From positions 2,892,651 through 2,924,650 of the forward strand of contig CP113000.1 in the NCBI GenBank assembly GCA_026625185.1: a stretch of 32,000 nt of DNA, written 5' to 3'. Position 1 is the stretch's first letter; the number at the start of each line of letters is the position of its first letter. Both the position numbers and the translations under genes were made by a program. The notes under the pieces were generated by a model. That model did not search any database and was not told the origin of the DNA. It saw nothing but the letters and a program-made list of their open reading frames with translations. This DNA comes from Thermodesulfobacteriota bacterium. GTDB lineage: Bacteria > Desulfobacterota > WTBG01 > JAGOGO01. Positions 1-7,615 of the stretch are shown one piece after another.

Positions 1-527
1 ACAACCTCAGATTCAGCAAAAACTGTACAGGTGCTGCTTATTTCACAGGGCCTCCCGGCTTTCGCCGCAACCTCCGCCAAGTGTTTAACTTTCATCCCTA
101 ACGCACGCGCAATTGTTTCTAAAAATCTTCCTGTCCCGGCAGCACACTTATCGTTCATAGCGAAATCAATGAGATTCCCTTCTTCATCTAATCTGATCGC
201 CTTGCTGTCCTGACCTCCGATATCGATTACTGTCCTCGCCGAGGGTATCATCGCATGGGCACCTTTGCCATGACACAAAATTTCAGTTTTGATGCTGTTT
301 GCAAAATCAGCCGATACCCTCCCATAGCCTGTGGCAATAATATACTTGACCTCTGCCTTTTTTTTTATCTTTCTCAAGGCCGCTTCCATAGATTGCCTTC
401 CCAAGGCAACAACATCACCCTCGCTAGGTACGATATGATAAGATAAAATTTCATTATTTTCAGCACAGTCCAGTATCACAGCTTTGGTTGTAACTGAACC
501 AATATCAACACCCGCAACAAATGGCAC
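1..527 (-). CDS. BcrAD/BadFG/HgdC-type ATPase (activase or electron-transfer ATPase of 2-hydroxyacyl-CoA dehydratase / class I benzoyl-CoA reductase-like enzymes). The 3' end runs off the window.
   Basis: Absent from the ORF track because it has no stop inside the window. I translated the minus strand from GTG at 527-525, which has an AGGAGAAGG Shine-Dalgarno at 540-532. The result is VPFVAGVDIGSVTTKAVILD...YIIATGYGR...VIDIGGQDSKAIRLDEEGNLIDFAMNDKCAAGTGRFLETIARALG...ISSTCTVFAESEVV, open to position 1. The DIGS.TTK and DIGGQD ASKHA phosphate motifs and the CAAGTG cluster-bridging Cys motif are family hallmarks. Confidence 0.85.
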   Translation of the reverse strand, partial: MPFVAGVDIGSVTTKAVILDCAENNEILSYHIVPSEGDVVALGRQSMEAALRKIKKKAEVKYIIATGYGRVSADFANSIKTEILCHGKGAHAMIPSARTVIDIGGQDSKAIRLDEEGNLIDFAMNDKCAAGTGRFLETIARALGMKVKHLAEVAAKAGRPCEISSTCTVFAESEV

Positions 528-540
528 CTTACCTTCTCCT

Positions 541-1944
541 TTATTTTGCCATACGTAACCTGAGCAATTCAGCAAAACTCTCGACTCTGGTCCTCAATTG
601 CGGAGCAGAATAAGCACGGGTATCGTAGATACTTGAATCCATCAACAACATAGGAATATCTTTCTTCTTCTGAATAAACTCTTTGAGCATCAGGGCATCA
701 GAGGCAAACGGCCTGCAAGGAGTCTCGTTGAGCCAGAGGATGCCATCCAAGTTCCAGTATTCGCATCCCTTTACGATTAGATCAGCCTTTCCGGGTACCC
801 CCTTGTAAAGCATATTCTGGATATATAAATTTGCGATAGTCTCTTCCCATTTCAAGAGATTCACCTTCTCTGACATCTGCACTTTAGTACTTCCATCCGG
901 ATCGAAGAGACGGAACCCCACGGCCCCCACGGCAAGTCCTACTTCTTCTATCATGTGAGCAATCCCAGGGTCGCTGATAGGAGTAAATGTTGCAGTCATG
1001 ACTCTTGGAGCCCCTTTAGGCAGCACACCTTTCCCGGCTTTTACCCTCTCCTTTACCTCTTCAGCCAGAATGCTTAATGCCTCTGCAACCCCCGCTAAGT
1101 CCTGCACACCGGTAAACATGATGTAATCACACAAGGACATATCTGCTTGATGTAAAGGCATGGGGTCAGCCCTTAACAACTCCGCAATTTCACTCCAATG
1201 CATGTAACAGTTCATTACCGCACCCATCCCTTTTAACATCATTTCGTCGGTCACCTCCCAGCCCAATGTGTCACTCATCACTTTTTGGCATCCTTTTATC
1301 TGGGCACAAACATAATCCATGATGCGTTGAGGCACTTCTGTCTCCTTAAAACCGTCATCCTGGATCCGGTTGATATAATAGGTAGGGACGCCAAACCAGT
1401 CCTCGATTAATCCATCAACTTTGGGAGCCTCAACACAAAAACAGGCCCACGTAATATTGAGATCCGGCTTTCGTTTTCCCATTCTACCCATGGCATAAGC
1501 CCCTATTTCCGTCATATCACATCCGCAGTGAATCTCTCCCGGGGTCATACAAAGGTTTTCCGCAGCTTCAAGGAGTTCCGGAAGTTTGCCGAATACTGCA
1601 CCAAGATTATGAAGATTTGCTATCTTCGGGAACCCCCCCCATACTTCATGAGGTCTTTCTAGCACTGCCGCAGCAACCGGCATTCCTCCGACTGAGGGAA
1701 TTTGACACGTGATTATCTTTTTCTTTTCCTCTGGCGCAAGAATCATATCTATCCAATCTCTCAGCTGACAACCAAGAAGCTTCCTTACGCCCTTCAGCTC
1801 AACATCCCAAAACTTTTCAACTCTTTTTTCTGCTACCTTAATATCTTCTTGAGATATTCCATAAGCTTCAAGTGCTTTCTTTACTCTGGGCAATTCTTTT
1901 TTTATCTCATTGGGTTCATAGCCGCACAGTTCTAATAATTTCAT
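541..1944 (-). CDS. HGD-D-fold subunit (BcrB/BadE/HgdA-like) of an ATP-dependent CoA-ester reductase/dehydratase, 467 aa
   Basis: The track ORF 541..1968 begins at a TTG. A GAGGTGA Shine-Dalgarno lies 5 nt upstream of the in-frame ATG at 1944 (MKLLELCG...), so I place the start there. The core is Cys-rich (HCGCD, WACFCVE). The gene sits between a second HGD-D-like subunit and the activase-type ATPase, with a 13-nt gap to the ATPase. Confidence 0.75.
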   Translation of the reverse strand: MKLLELCGYEPNEIKKELPRVKKALEAYGISQEDIKVAEKRVEKFWDVELKGVRKLLGCQLRDWIDMILAPEEKKKIITCQIPSVGGMPVAAAVLERPHEVWGGFPKIANLHNLGAVFGKLPELLEAAENLCMTPGEIHCGCDMTEIGAYAMGRMGKRKPDLNITWACFCVEAPKVDGLIEDWFGVPTYYINRIQDDGFKETEVPQRIMDYVCAQIKGCQKVMSDTLGWEVTDEMMLKGMGAVMNCYMHWSEIAELLRADPMPLHQADMSLCDYIMFTGVQDLAGVAEALSILAEEVKERVKAGKGVLPKGAPRVMTATFTPISDPGIAHMIEEVGLAVGAVGFRLFDPDGSTKVQMSEKVNLLKWEETIANLYIQNMLYKGVPGKADLIVKGCEYWNLDGILWLNETPCRPFASDALMLKEFIQKKKDIPMLLMDSSIYDTRAYSAPQLRTRVESFAELLRLRMAK

Positions 1945-2056
1945 AATTATCACCTCTATTGGGGTCAATATTAATAAATACAGCTAAACCTTCCCGCTCT
2001 TTTTATTCCCAATTGCCCCCCTTGGATAATAGATATTACGTTATTTATTTCATTCA

Positions 2057-3214
2057 TTACCTTTTTTTTGTTTTTAGCATATCAATAAAGGTGTCCACTC
2101 TTGTTTTATTATATCCAAATTCCAGTGCATCGTAATTCGACACCAACTTAAGCATGGGTAGGCTTAACTCCTTGTCAAAATAATCTTTAAACCAATGTGA
2201 CTCCATATCATAACACTCACAAAGCCTGATTTGATACCAAAACACCCCGTCTACTTCAAAATCCTTGGCCAGTTTAGATAAAAATTGTGATCTGGGTATG
2301 GTTGATTTCCTCATAATGCCAGCAGGGGGAAACTTTCTGAGATACCTCTGCGCCAGGTTTTGATATGGATCCCCATCTTCCTCCACATTTTGCCAGTAGA
2401 ATCTCACCCCCTCAAACGCTTCTTCCACAACAACGTCGGCTTTACCTTCGCCTTCAGCTAATTCAAATATTTTGTAATCTCCACGAGCTAAATTCGGGCC
2501 CGTTAAAAGGATTCTCGGCTTCACACCATTCCTTTCTAACCGTCTTTCCTGCAATTCTTCATAAAGCGATTGCAATATTTCTACCATGAAAGTTGGGTCG
2601 GCATAAAATGAGGCATGGTTTATTTTCATAAATTCAAGGCCGCTCAGGGCGGGAGGGTCTTGTGTCCTCAACAGGCTAATCTGTTTTAGAAGATTTCGCA
2701 TCCGGTTATATAAGAAAATGGCCTTCTTAAGTTCCTCGATCTTGATTTCAGTTCCCACTACCCCTTCAATTTTTTCCTTAAGTCTCCTTTGTGCGTCTGC
2801 AAAATAGTTTAATTCGAGTTCCATGCTCTGATGTGGTACGCCTAACCTAAACACATCAATGTCAGTATAATACTCATAACAATCGGCTGCCCTATGAAGG
2901 TGAATACACGGCACTGGTACCACAAGCAAGTCCATTAACCGGTAATAGGGCTGTTGGTTTAAAACACATAGAGCAAACTGTGTTTTAGAAAAAGGGCACA
3001 GTGCGTGATGCATATAGGCCCCAGCAGCGTCGACTTCCTCACCTGAACCTCCATGGACAAGACCAATGGGGATAGCGCCTGCAGCGTATATCATTTCCTC
3101 GGGAACAAATTCTCCGGCAAAATAGGCGATTATCTTTTTCCCCTTTTCTTTCATTTTCTTCAGGTCAATTGGCCTATTATGTAAATGTTCGTCGAGTTTT
3201 CTAAGTGTATCCAT
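2057..3214 (-). CDS. HGD-D-fold subunit (BcrC/BadD/HgdB-like), 385 aa
   Basis: The N-terminus (LKKMKEKGKKIIAYFAGEFVPEEMIYAAGAIPIGL) is typical of the BcrC/BadD/HgdB family. It has conserved-looking Cys (HHALCPFSK, VPCIHLH, RLCECYD). A GGAGAA RBS precedes the ATG at 3214. It is co-directional with the partner subunit and the ATPase. Confidence 0.8.
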   Translation of the reverse strand: MDTLRKLDEHLHNRPIDLKKMKEKGKKIIAYFAGEFVPEEMIYAAGAIPIGLVHGGSGEEVDAAGAYMHHALCPFSKTQFALCVLNQQPYYRLMDLLVVPVPCIHLHRAADCYEYYTDIDVFRLGVPHQSMELELNYFADAQRRLKEKIEGVVGTEIKIEELKKAIFLYNRMRNLLKQISLLRTQDPPALSGLEFMKINHASFYADPTFMVEILQSLYEELQERRLERNGVKPRILLTGPNLARGDYKIFELAEGEGKADVVVEEAFEGVRFYWQNVEEDGDPYQNLAQRYLRKFPPAGIMRKSTIPRSQFLSKLAKDFEVDGVFWYQIRLCECYDMESHWFKDYFDKELSLPMLKLVSNYDALEFGYNKTRVDTFIDMLKTKKR

Positions 3215-3326
3215 TAGTTTTCTCCTGTCTTATCTCAACCTAACATTGTTTTTGTATTGTTCCATGATTGTGGTCAACCCGATGACCAATTTCTAGCTTC
3301 CTTTCGATTTTCTTTTTTTACTGCTT

Positions 3327-3626
3327 TCAAACGATATATTCCAGATAAAACTCACATTTACCGTCTCCACAGCAAAGGGACTTATCAATATGACCCCTTA
3401 TCTTGCCAGTCATACCAGCTGCTTTAATCATGCCCTCGAGCCAGGCATTGCTCATGTCTTTCCATAACACGCAGACATGATCGCTTTCCCCAACGCCAAA
3501 ATACTCAAATGCATACGCTGGCCACGTACAACTTTCGCTCTCGAAGGTCCATCTGTTTGGTGTTTTATCTGTGCACTTGGTTAAGATAAATACATCATTA
3601 TAGACACCAAGCACCATCTCTGCCAA
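3327..3626 (-). CDS. Small Cys-rich protein resembling the C-terminal part of the L-2-amino-thiazoline-4-carboxylate hydrolase-like family (PF14196-like). The start is uncertain.
   Basis: The C-terminal pattern HVCVLWKD...WLEG...KSLCCGDGKCEFYLEY resembles the C..D...G...tla.GD..C.F signature I associate with that family. The track start is a TTG at 3626, but the frame stays open upstream to 3797 (57 more codons) with no ATG, GTG or TTG. Confidence 0.5.
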   Translation of the reverse strand: MAEMVLGVYNDVFILTKCTDKTPNRWTFESESCTWPAYAFEYFGVGESDHVCVLWKDMSNAWLEGMIKAAGMTGKIRGHIDKSLCCGDGKCEFYLEYIV

Positions 3627-4391
3627 TTGCTCGAAATTTTCTTTGAACCAAATCTGGGCATTGAAAATACAGGAAAATCTTCTTGGTACAGTATCTTTCT
3701 GGATAATTGTTACTTCGTATTGGGGTTGAATTTGGCTGGCATCAAGAAAACATTTTAATGAAGTGTGGCTATGTTGGTAAATAACAACGGATCGCCTTTA
3801 ACCGATCCCAAATAAGTCAACTAAGTGGCGTCTATTACTAACACCTTTTTTTACTTGATTTGTCTGAAACAGTACACTAGAACAAAAACGCCAATAAAAA
3901 ATAACCGTCTCATTTTTCTTGTCCGAGCTTCTTTCAACCCAAATTAATATATATATATAAGGTCTTCCAAAAATTGATTAACTCAGAGCTTTCAGATTAC
4001 ATGAAAAGTGCCTCTATAATCGATTCTAAGTTCCCTATCGTTGAACAGCAATATTCCTTTCTGACTCCCCCTCAGTCCAGCAATAAGATAGATCCCAACA
4101 TTATGTTTTCAGAATATCTACGGAGTCTCTTCATAGATATTCCAATATTTTTTCCATTGGTGGGGTCCTTTGACTGCTGAGACAAAATGCTTACAAAAAT
4201 TTTCTGGGGGCGCTCCATCTATTATCGATCCTAATTGTCCACATCTGATTCATTTATCTTGTGGAGGTGCTTTGGGATAAAGGTACGTGTTCTTCCGAAC
4301 TCACAGTACTTTTGTAATCTCTGTCCAATTTTTTAATTCTTCGCCAAAAGATACTTCTATTGACAGCGTTTGTCAATGTAAATAATAAAGG

Positions 4392-4652
4392 TTAGTTTAC
4401 CCTTTGCCCTTTGTCGTGCTCTTTTTTATGGTGGCTCAAAGATCTAAAATAGAGGAAGGGTAATACGATAATATATCCCAAAACTGAGAAACTTATAAAC
4501 AACCTTAATAGACGAAGGACTTCTTGTGGTGTGAAGTAAAATTTTGCTTCCCACATACCTGCTTTCCCCCTAACCACAAACTTATCGGCTTCTCGATGAA
4601 ATTCCAACGGCTCAAAATCAATATGACCTAATGGTGAAATCATTTTTCCCAT
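4392..4652 (-). CDS. Hypothetical small membrane-anchored protein, 86 aa
   Basis: A GGGAGG Shine-Dalgarno lies about 9 nt upstream of the ATG at 4652. The soluble N-terminal half is followed by one hydrophobic helix (LFISFSVLGYIIVLPFLYF) and a basic tail. I recognised no family. Confidence 0.5.
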   Translation of the reverse strand: MGKMISPLGHIDFEPLEFHREADKFVVRGKAGMWEAKFYFTPQEVLRLLRLFISFSVLGYIIVLPFLYFRSLSHHKKEHDKGQRVN

Positions 4653-4772
4653 CTCTATATACCTCCCTTGGAATAGATTCAGGCAACAGAAAACTGAAGA
4701 AAAGTTTATCTTTTTACATAGTTGATGATCAGGTTACTCTCCCATTCGATCTTACCCGCTCAACATTTTGGT

Positions 4773-4967
4773 TCAAATGAGGAAAAGATTGCTGTGGAAA
4801 GTCGGTTCTGTATATACCTTGGTTAGAGACGGATCGCTTGGACGCAGTAATATACCTTCATGCGTTTCCGAGACCAAAAGAGTTGTCCCGGAATCTAAAC
4901 CCCAGCGGCGTCGAAGTGTCACCGGCAACTCTACTTTGCCATCTTTCTCAACAATTAATTTTTGCAT
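4773..4967 (-). CDS. AbrB/SpoVT (MazE-like swapped-hairpin) domain protein, 64 aa. Antitoxin-like or small DNA-binding regulator.
   Basis: MQKLIVEKDGKVELPVTLRRRWGLDSGTTLLVSETHEGILLRP matches the SpoVT-AbrB looped-hinge pattern (G.v.lP..lR...gl..G..l.v......i.L.P). A GGGAGG RBS lies 4 nt before the ATG at 4967. Confidence 0.7.
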   Translation of the reverse strand: MQKLIVEKDGKVELPVTLRRRWGLDSGTTLLVSETHEGILLRPSDPSLTKVYTEPTFHSNLFLI

Positions 4968-5032
4968 GGCGCCTCCCGAAATCCACGAATTTGATCAAAA
5001 GCCAATCAGGCATGCTGTTGTTTCACAGGAAC

Positions 5033-5314
5033 TTAACTTAAATGAATAGGGTTATCCCTCTGTTTCTCAAATGCAGATTTGACGCGATTTCTGCGCTTTG
5101 AAAATACGATGACAAAATTTATGACTATTCTGCGTCTCTGAGAACACACAAGGGGGGCAGAAATTTCCAGCACTGTTAAGGACTGGGGGGTGTCCAAAAA
5201 AGGACGCATCTTAACAATTTCCGACATTACGGAAAAAATCTCGCCCAAATATTCCTGAACGTGTGAAACGTAATTCGAGTCCAGTCGCTTTTGAAAAAAA
5301 TTTAATGAGAACAC
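5033..5314 (-). CDS. Hypothetical ORF, 93 aa. Possibly a gene remnant.
   Basis: This is an ORF-track call only. It has a GTG start without a convincing RBS, no recognisable motifs, and two G6/C6 homopolymers inside it (5152-5157, 5185-5190). Confidence 0.25.
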   Translation of the reverse strand: MFSLNFFQKRLDSNYVSHVQEYLGEIFSVMSEIVKMRPFLDTPQSLTVLEISAPLVCSQRRRIVINFVIVFSKRRNRVKSAFEKQRDNPIHLS

Positions 5315-5347
5315 CTTGGCTACGTTTTCAAGTTTTTTTTTTGTAGA

Positions 5348-6301
5348 TTATGTGATGACTTCCAATAATTCTGAGAATTTCAACAAACATACACTAACTG
5401 GCTCATCCTTTCCCTTAACGGTAATAGAACTTAAACGGTGGTCCCAAAAATGGCGGGGAAGATAGCTAAAAGAATAGGAACTGATTACCAGGTCAGTTTT
5501 TAACTCTTTGGAAGCCTTCTCTAAACGGAAAGCAAGATTTACTGAATCGCCTAAAACAGTATAGTCCTGTAGACGGCCAGAACCTGTATCTCCCACCACT
5601 GCTTCTCCGGTATTAATCCCCACGCCAATTTGTAATGGCTTTTGCAACTGAGGATACGATTGATTTATTGACTCGGTTGCAATATGAAGTTCATAGGCAG
5701 CCTTTAAGGTATTTCTAACATCGTTTTCGGGATTTTTTTTATCAATTAGCCAGCATGCCATAACCGCATCGCCAATAAACTTATCTACTCCGCCTCCATT
5801 TTTTTCAATAACATCGTTAACCGATCGAAACCATTCCCCTAATAATTTAGCCAAAAGATCTATAGGCAATTGCTCGGACATTGAAGTGTAATCACGAATG
5901 TCCGCGACCAGTACTGTTACTTCCTGGACTAACGGTATATCATATGTAATCATGGTTTCTGAGTCAGCTGCCTCATTTCCAATAAAGTCTGGTTGAATTT
6001 TTTGATCATAAGGTTCTGTCTGAAAAATTAAAAAATTCGAACCAACTTGAATAACATCACCCGATTTAAGGAGGATCGGAACAATTACTCTCTTTCCATT
6101 GAGGTAGGTTCCATTGGTGCTTCCCATATCGATAAGATAGTATTTATCTTCACCAAGACAACGCAACAATGAATGATTTCTGGAAACTTTGGGATCAGGA
6201 AGAACCAAATCATTATTTTTGCTCCTTCCGATGGTGGTTAGAGGCCCTAGGGATAGTTTTTGTTTTTCGTATGGAAACTCAAAATTCAAAAATGCTTGCA
6301 T
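5348..6301 (-). CDS. FHA domain - class III adenylate/guanylate cyclase fusion protein, 317 aa
   Basis: The N-terminal FHA reads TIGRSKNNDLVLPDPKVSRNHSLL...LIDMGSTNGTYLNGKRV...GDVIQVG. The C-terminal CYCc catalytic core reads VTVLVADIRDYTSM, KFIGDAVMACW, GINTGEAVVGDTGS and YTVLGDSVNLAFRLE. Confidence 0.9.
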   Translation of the reverse strand: MQAFLNFEFPYEKQKLSLGPLTTIGRSKNNDLVLPDPKVSRNHSLLRCLGEDKYYLIDMGSTNGTYLNGKRVIVPILLKSGDVIQVGSNFLIFQTEPYDQKIQPDFIGNEAADSETMITYDIPLVQEVTVLVADIRDYTSMSEQLPIDLLAKLLGEWFRSVNDVIEKNGGGVDKFIGDAVMACWLIDKKNPENDVRNTLKAAYELHIATESINQSYPQLQKPLQIGVGINTGEAVVGDTGSGRLQDYTVLGDSVNLAFRLEKASKELKTDLVISSYSFSYLPRHFWDHRLSSITVKGKDEPVSVCLLKFSELLEVIT

Positions 6302-6439
6302 AGAAAAATATGCTATTTTTTTTTGATATTCATAAGGTTCATAATATATTGCAAGAAATAAGTCAAGTTATTTTATTAACCTCCTTAAATTATGATGTTT
6401 TCTTTAAAAAGAAATGATTATGGTCTTTTAATCAGTAAT

Positions 6440-6448
6440 GGGGGGGGG
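6440..6448. repeat. G9 (C9 on the coding strand) homopolymer in the rsmA-cyclase intergenic region
   Basis: Read directly: aatg-ggggggggg-tattaagg, nine consecutive G. It lies 15 nt downstream of the rsmA stop (the stop ends at 6463, so the gap is 6449-6462) and about 140 nt upstream of the cyclase start at 6301. Confidence 0.9.
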
Positions 6449-6462
6449 TATTAAGGATTTTT

Positions 6463-7320
6463 CTAAGTTTTCATCATTTTTAAATGTAGAACTAATTGAT
6501 TACAAAGAAAAACAAATTCTTTTAACGTTAAAGTCTCCGGCCTTTTAATAGGATCAATCGTACCTTCCGTGAAAAGCCTTTCGATTAATTCAGACGGAAA
6601 AGTCCCGATTGCTTTCATCGCGTTTTTTAAGGTTTTTCTTCTTTGAGAAAACAACGTTTTAACGAAAACTGAAAAAAATTTTTCATTTTCCACTGGTTCA
6701 CGGGGAAATGGCAGAAGATTAAATTTTATTACTTTTGATTCTACCTTTGGTCGCGGATAAAACGCTTCTTTTCCCACTGAAAGCACTACTACTGAATCTG
6801 CATAAAGATTCGCCATTAAAGTTAAAAAACCGTAATTTTTATTTCCAGGTTGTGCGGTTATCCTTTCGGCTACTTCTTTCTGATACATGAATACCATTCG
6901 TGAAATATGATCTCCTTTTTTTAAAAGCTCTATGGTTAAAAGAGACGCAATATAAAAAGGCAAATTCCCAACCACGATTAAAGCTTGGCCTGCCTCGTTT
7001 GCAACTCTTTGGTAATCGAAACGAAGGGCGTCCTGATGGATTATTTTGACATTACTCTCTCGTATAATCTTTGTTCGTAAGAGGGTTGCTAATTTTCCGT
7101 CTTTTTCAATCGCGAATACCCTCTTTACTTGTTCCGCCAAACGGCATGTTAAACCACCCAGGCCCGCACCGATTTCAACAACGATATCCTCCTTCGTAAA
7201 ACCACAACACTCAACAATGCGATTGAGGATTTCCTCCTGAACAATAAAATTCTGCCCCATATTTTTACGAGGCAGGATTGTAAAGTCTTTAATGAGTTTT
7301 CTTTGAGAAATAATTTCCAT
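6463..7320 (-). CDS. rsmA: 16S rRNA (adenine1518/1519-N6)-dimethyltransferase
   Basis: GQNFIVQ, EIGAGLGGLT (SAM-binding motif) and GNLPFYIAS are KsgA/RsmA hallmarks. The length of 285 aa is typical. Confidence 0.9.
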   Translation of the reverse strand: MEIISQRKLIKDFTILPRKNMGQNFIVQEEILNRIVECCGFTKEDIVVEIGAGLGGLTCRLAEQVKRVFAIEKDGKLATLLRTKIIRESNVKIIHQDALRFDYQRVANEAGQALIVVGNLPFYIASLLTIELLKKGDHISRMVFMYQKEVAERITAQPGNKNYGFLTLMANLYADSVVVLSVGKEAFYPRPKVESKVIKFNLLPFPREPVENEKFFSVFVKTLFSQRRKTLKNAMKAIGTFPSELIERLFTEGTIDPIKRPETLTLKEFVFLCNQLVLHLKMMKT

Positions 7321-7615
7321 TTTTTTTAATTTTTCAATCTGGTTCTTATTCCAAAAAGTTAATGTGTATTCCGCTCATGTCCCCGCCAACGAGAAAAAAA
7401 ATTGTTTGAGATAATAAGTGCGTATCGAGAGCAGGTACTACCAGGATCATGGAGGGCCTAACGATCAGTACCATTAAAAGTTTTTCTTGGAATTATCAAA
7501 ATATGATTTGCGTACTTGCTTGAAAAATGCAGGGGTAAGATTATGTATTTTTTGGGTGAAACGAAAGTTTTAACGCCAGAGACTTTGTTCTTATGGTCGA
7601 TTGATAAAAAAATGT

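Noticed and set aside
31-446. Plus-strand track ORFs 31..213 and 255..446
   Set aside because: They lie antisense to a minus-strand frame that translates without stops into a textbook HgdC/BcrA-type ATPase. They are shadow ORFs with no motifs or RBS.
1633-1640. C8 homopolymer (G8 on the coding strand, encoding VWGGFP) inside the 467-aa HGD-D subunit, as a possible phase-variation site
   Set aside because: The reading frame is intact through it, and there is no evidence of variability from a single sequence. I note it only as a possible sequencing or slippage hotspot.
1702-2589. Plus-strand track ORFs 1702..1935 and 2365..2589
   Set aside because: They are antisense shadows inside the two HGD-D subunit genes. 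Their translations are low-complexity, with no RBS.
3836-3913. Mini-ORF on the minus strand reading MRRLFLLAFLF-TAG-CTVSDKSSKKRC, which looks like a lipoprotein signal peptide interrupted by an amber codon
   Set aside because: It is only about 24 codons and requires stop-codon read-through. There is no RBS and no supporting context, so it is probably a coincidence or a dead remnant.
3974-4218. 68-aa plus-strand ORF (3974..4180) and an overlapping 52-aa minus-strand ORF (about 4060..4218) in the gene-poor patch
   Set aside because: The plus-strand ORF starts at TTG, and neither ORF has a Shine-Dalgarno. They overlap each other on opposite strands and have no recognisable motifs. They are most likely chance ORFs in degraded sequence.
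4773-4835. Idea that the AbrB protein tail (LTKVYTEPTFHSNLFLI) is the stump of an AbrB-radical SAM fusion, since it resembles the pre-CxxxCxxC segment vYiEpT.rCNL.C
   Set aside because: The cysteines are absent. Translation of all three frames downstream of the stop (4653-4772) shows no radical-SAM-like continuation. The similarity is too short to distinguish from chance without a profile search.
4768-5049. Plus-strand track ORFs 4768..5049 and 4838..5041
   Set aside because: They are antisense to the well-supported AbrB-fold gene (good RBS, clear domain). Their translations are Arg/Ser/Pro-rich shadow-type sequence.
6380-6386. Strong AAGGAGG Shine-Dalgarno-like sequence on the minus strand in the rsmA-cyclase gap
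   Set aside because: The nearest in-frame start (TTG) is about 13 nt away and opens only a 17-codon ORF. There is no evidence for a leader peptide.
7434-7472. Hairpin GGTACT...AGTACC, with an inner GATC/GATC pairing, between the PATAN gene and rsmA. I considered it as an SRP/4.5S-like or other small RNA, or as the operon terminator.
   Set aside because: It lacks the SRP domain IV motifs (GGAA tetraloop, AGCA). It is about 145 nt from the upstream stop, and no U-tract follows it immediately on the minus strand. The evidence is insufficient for either call.
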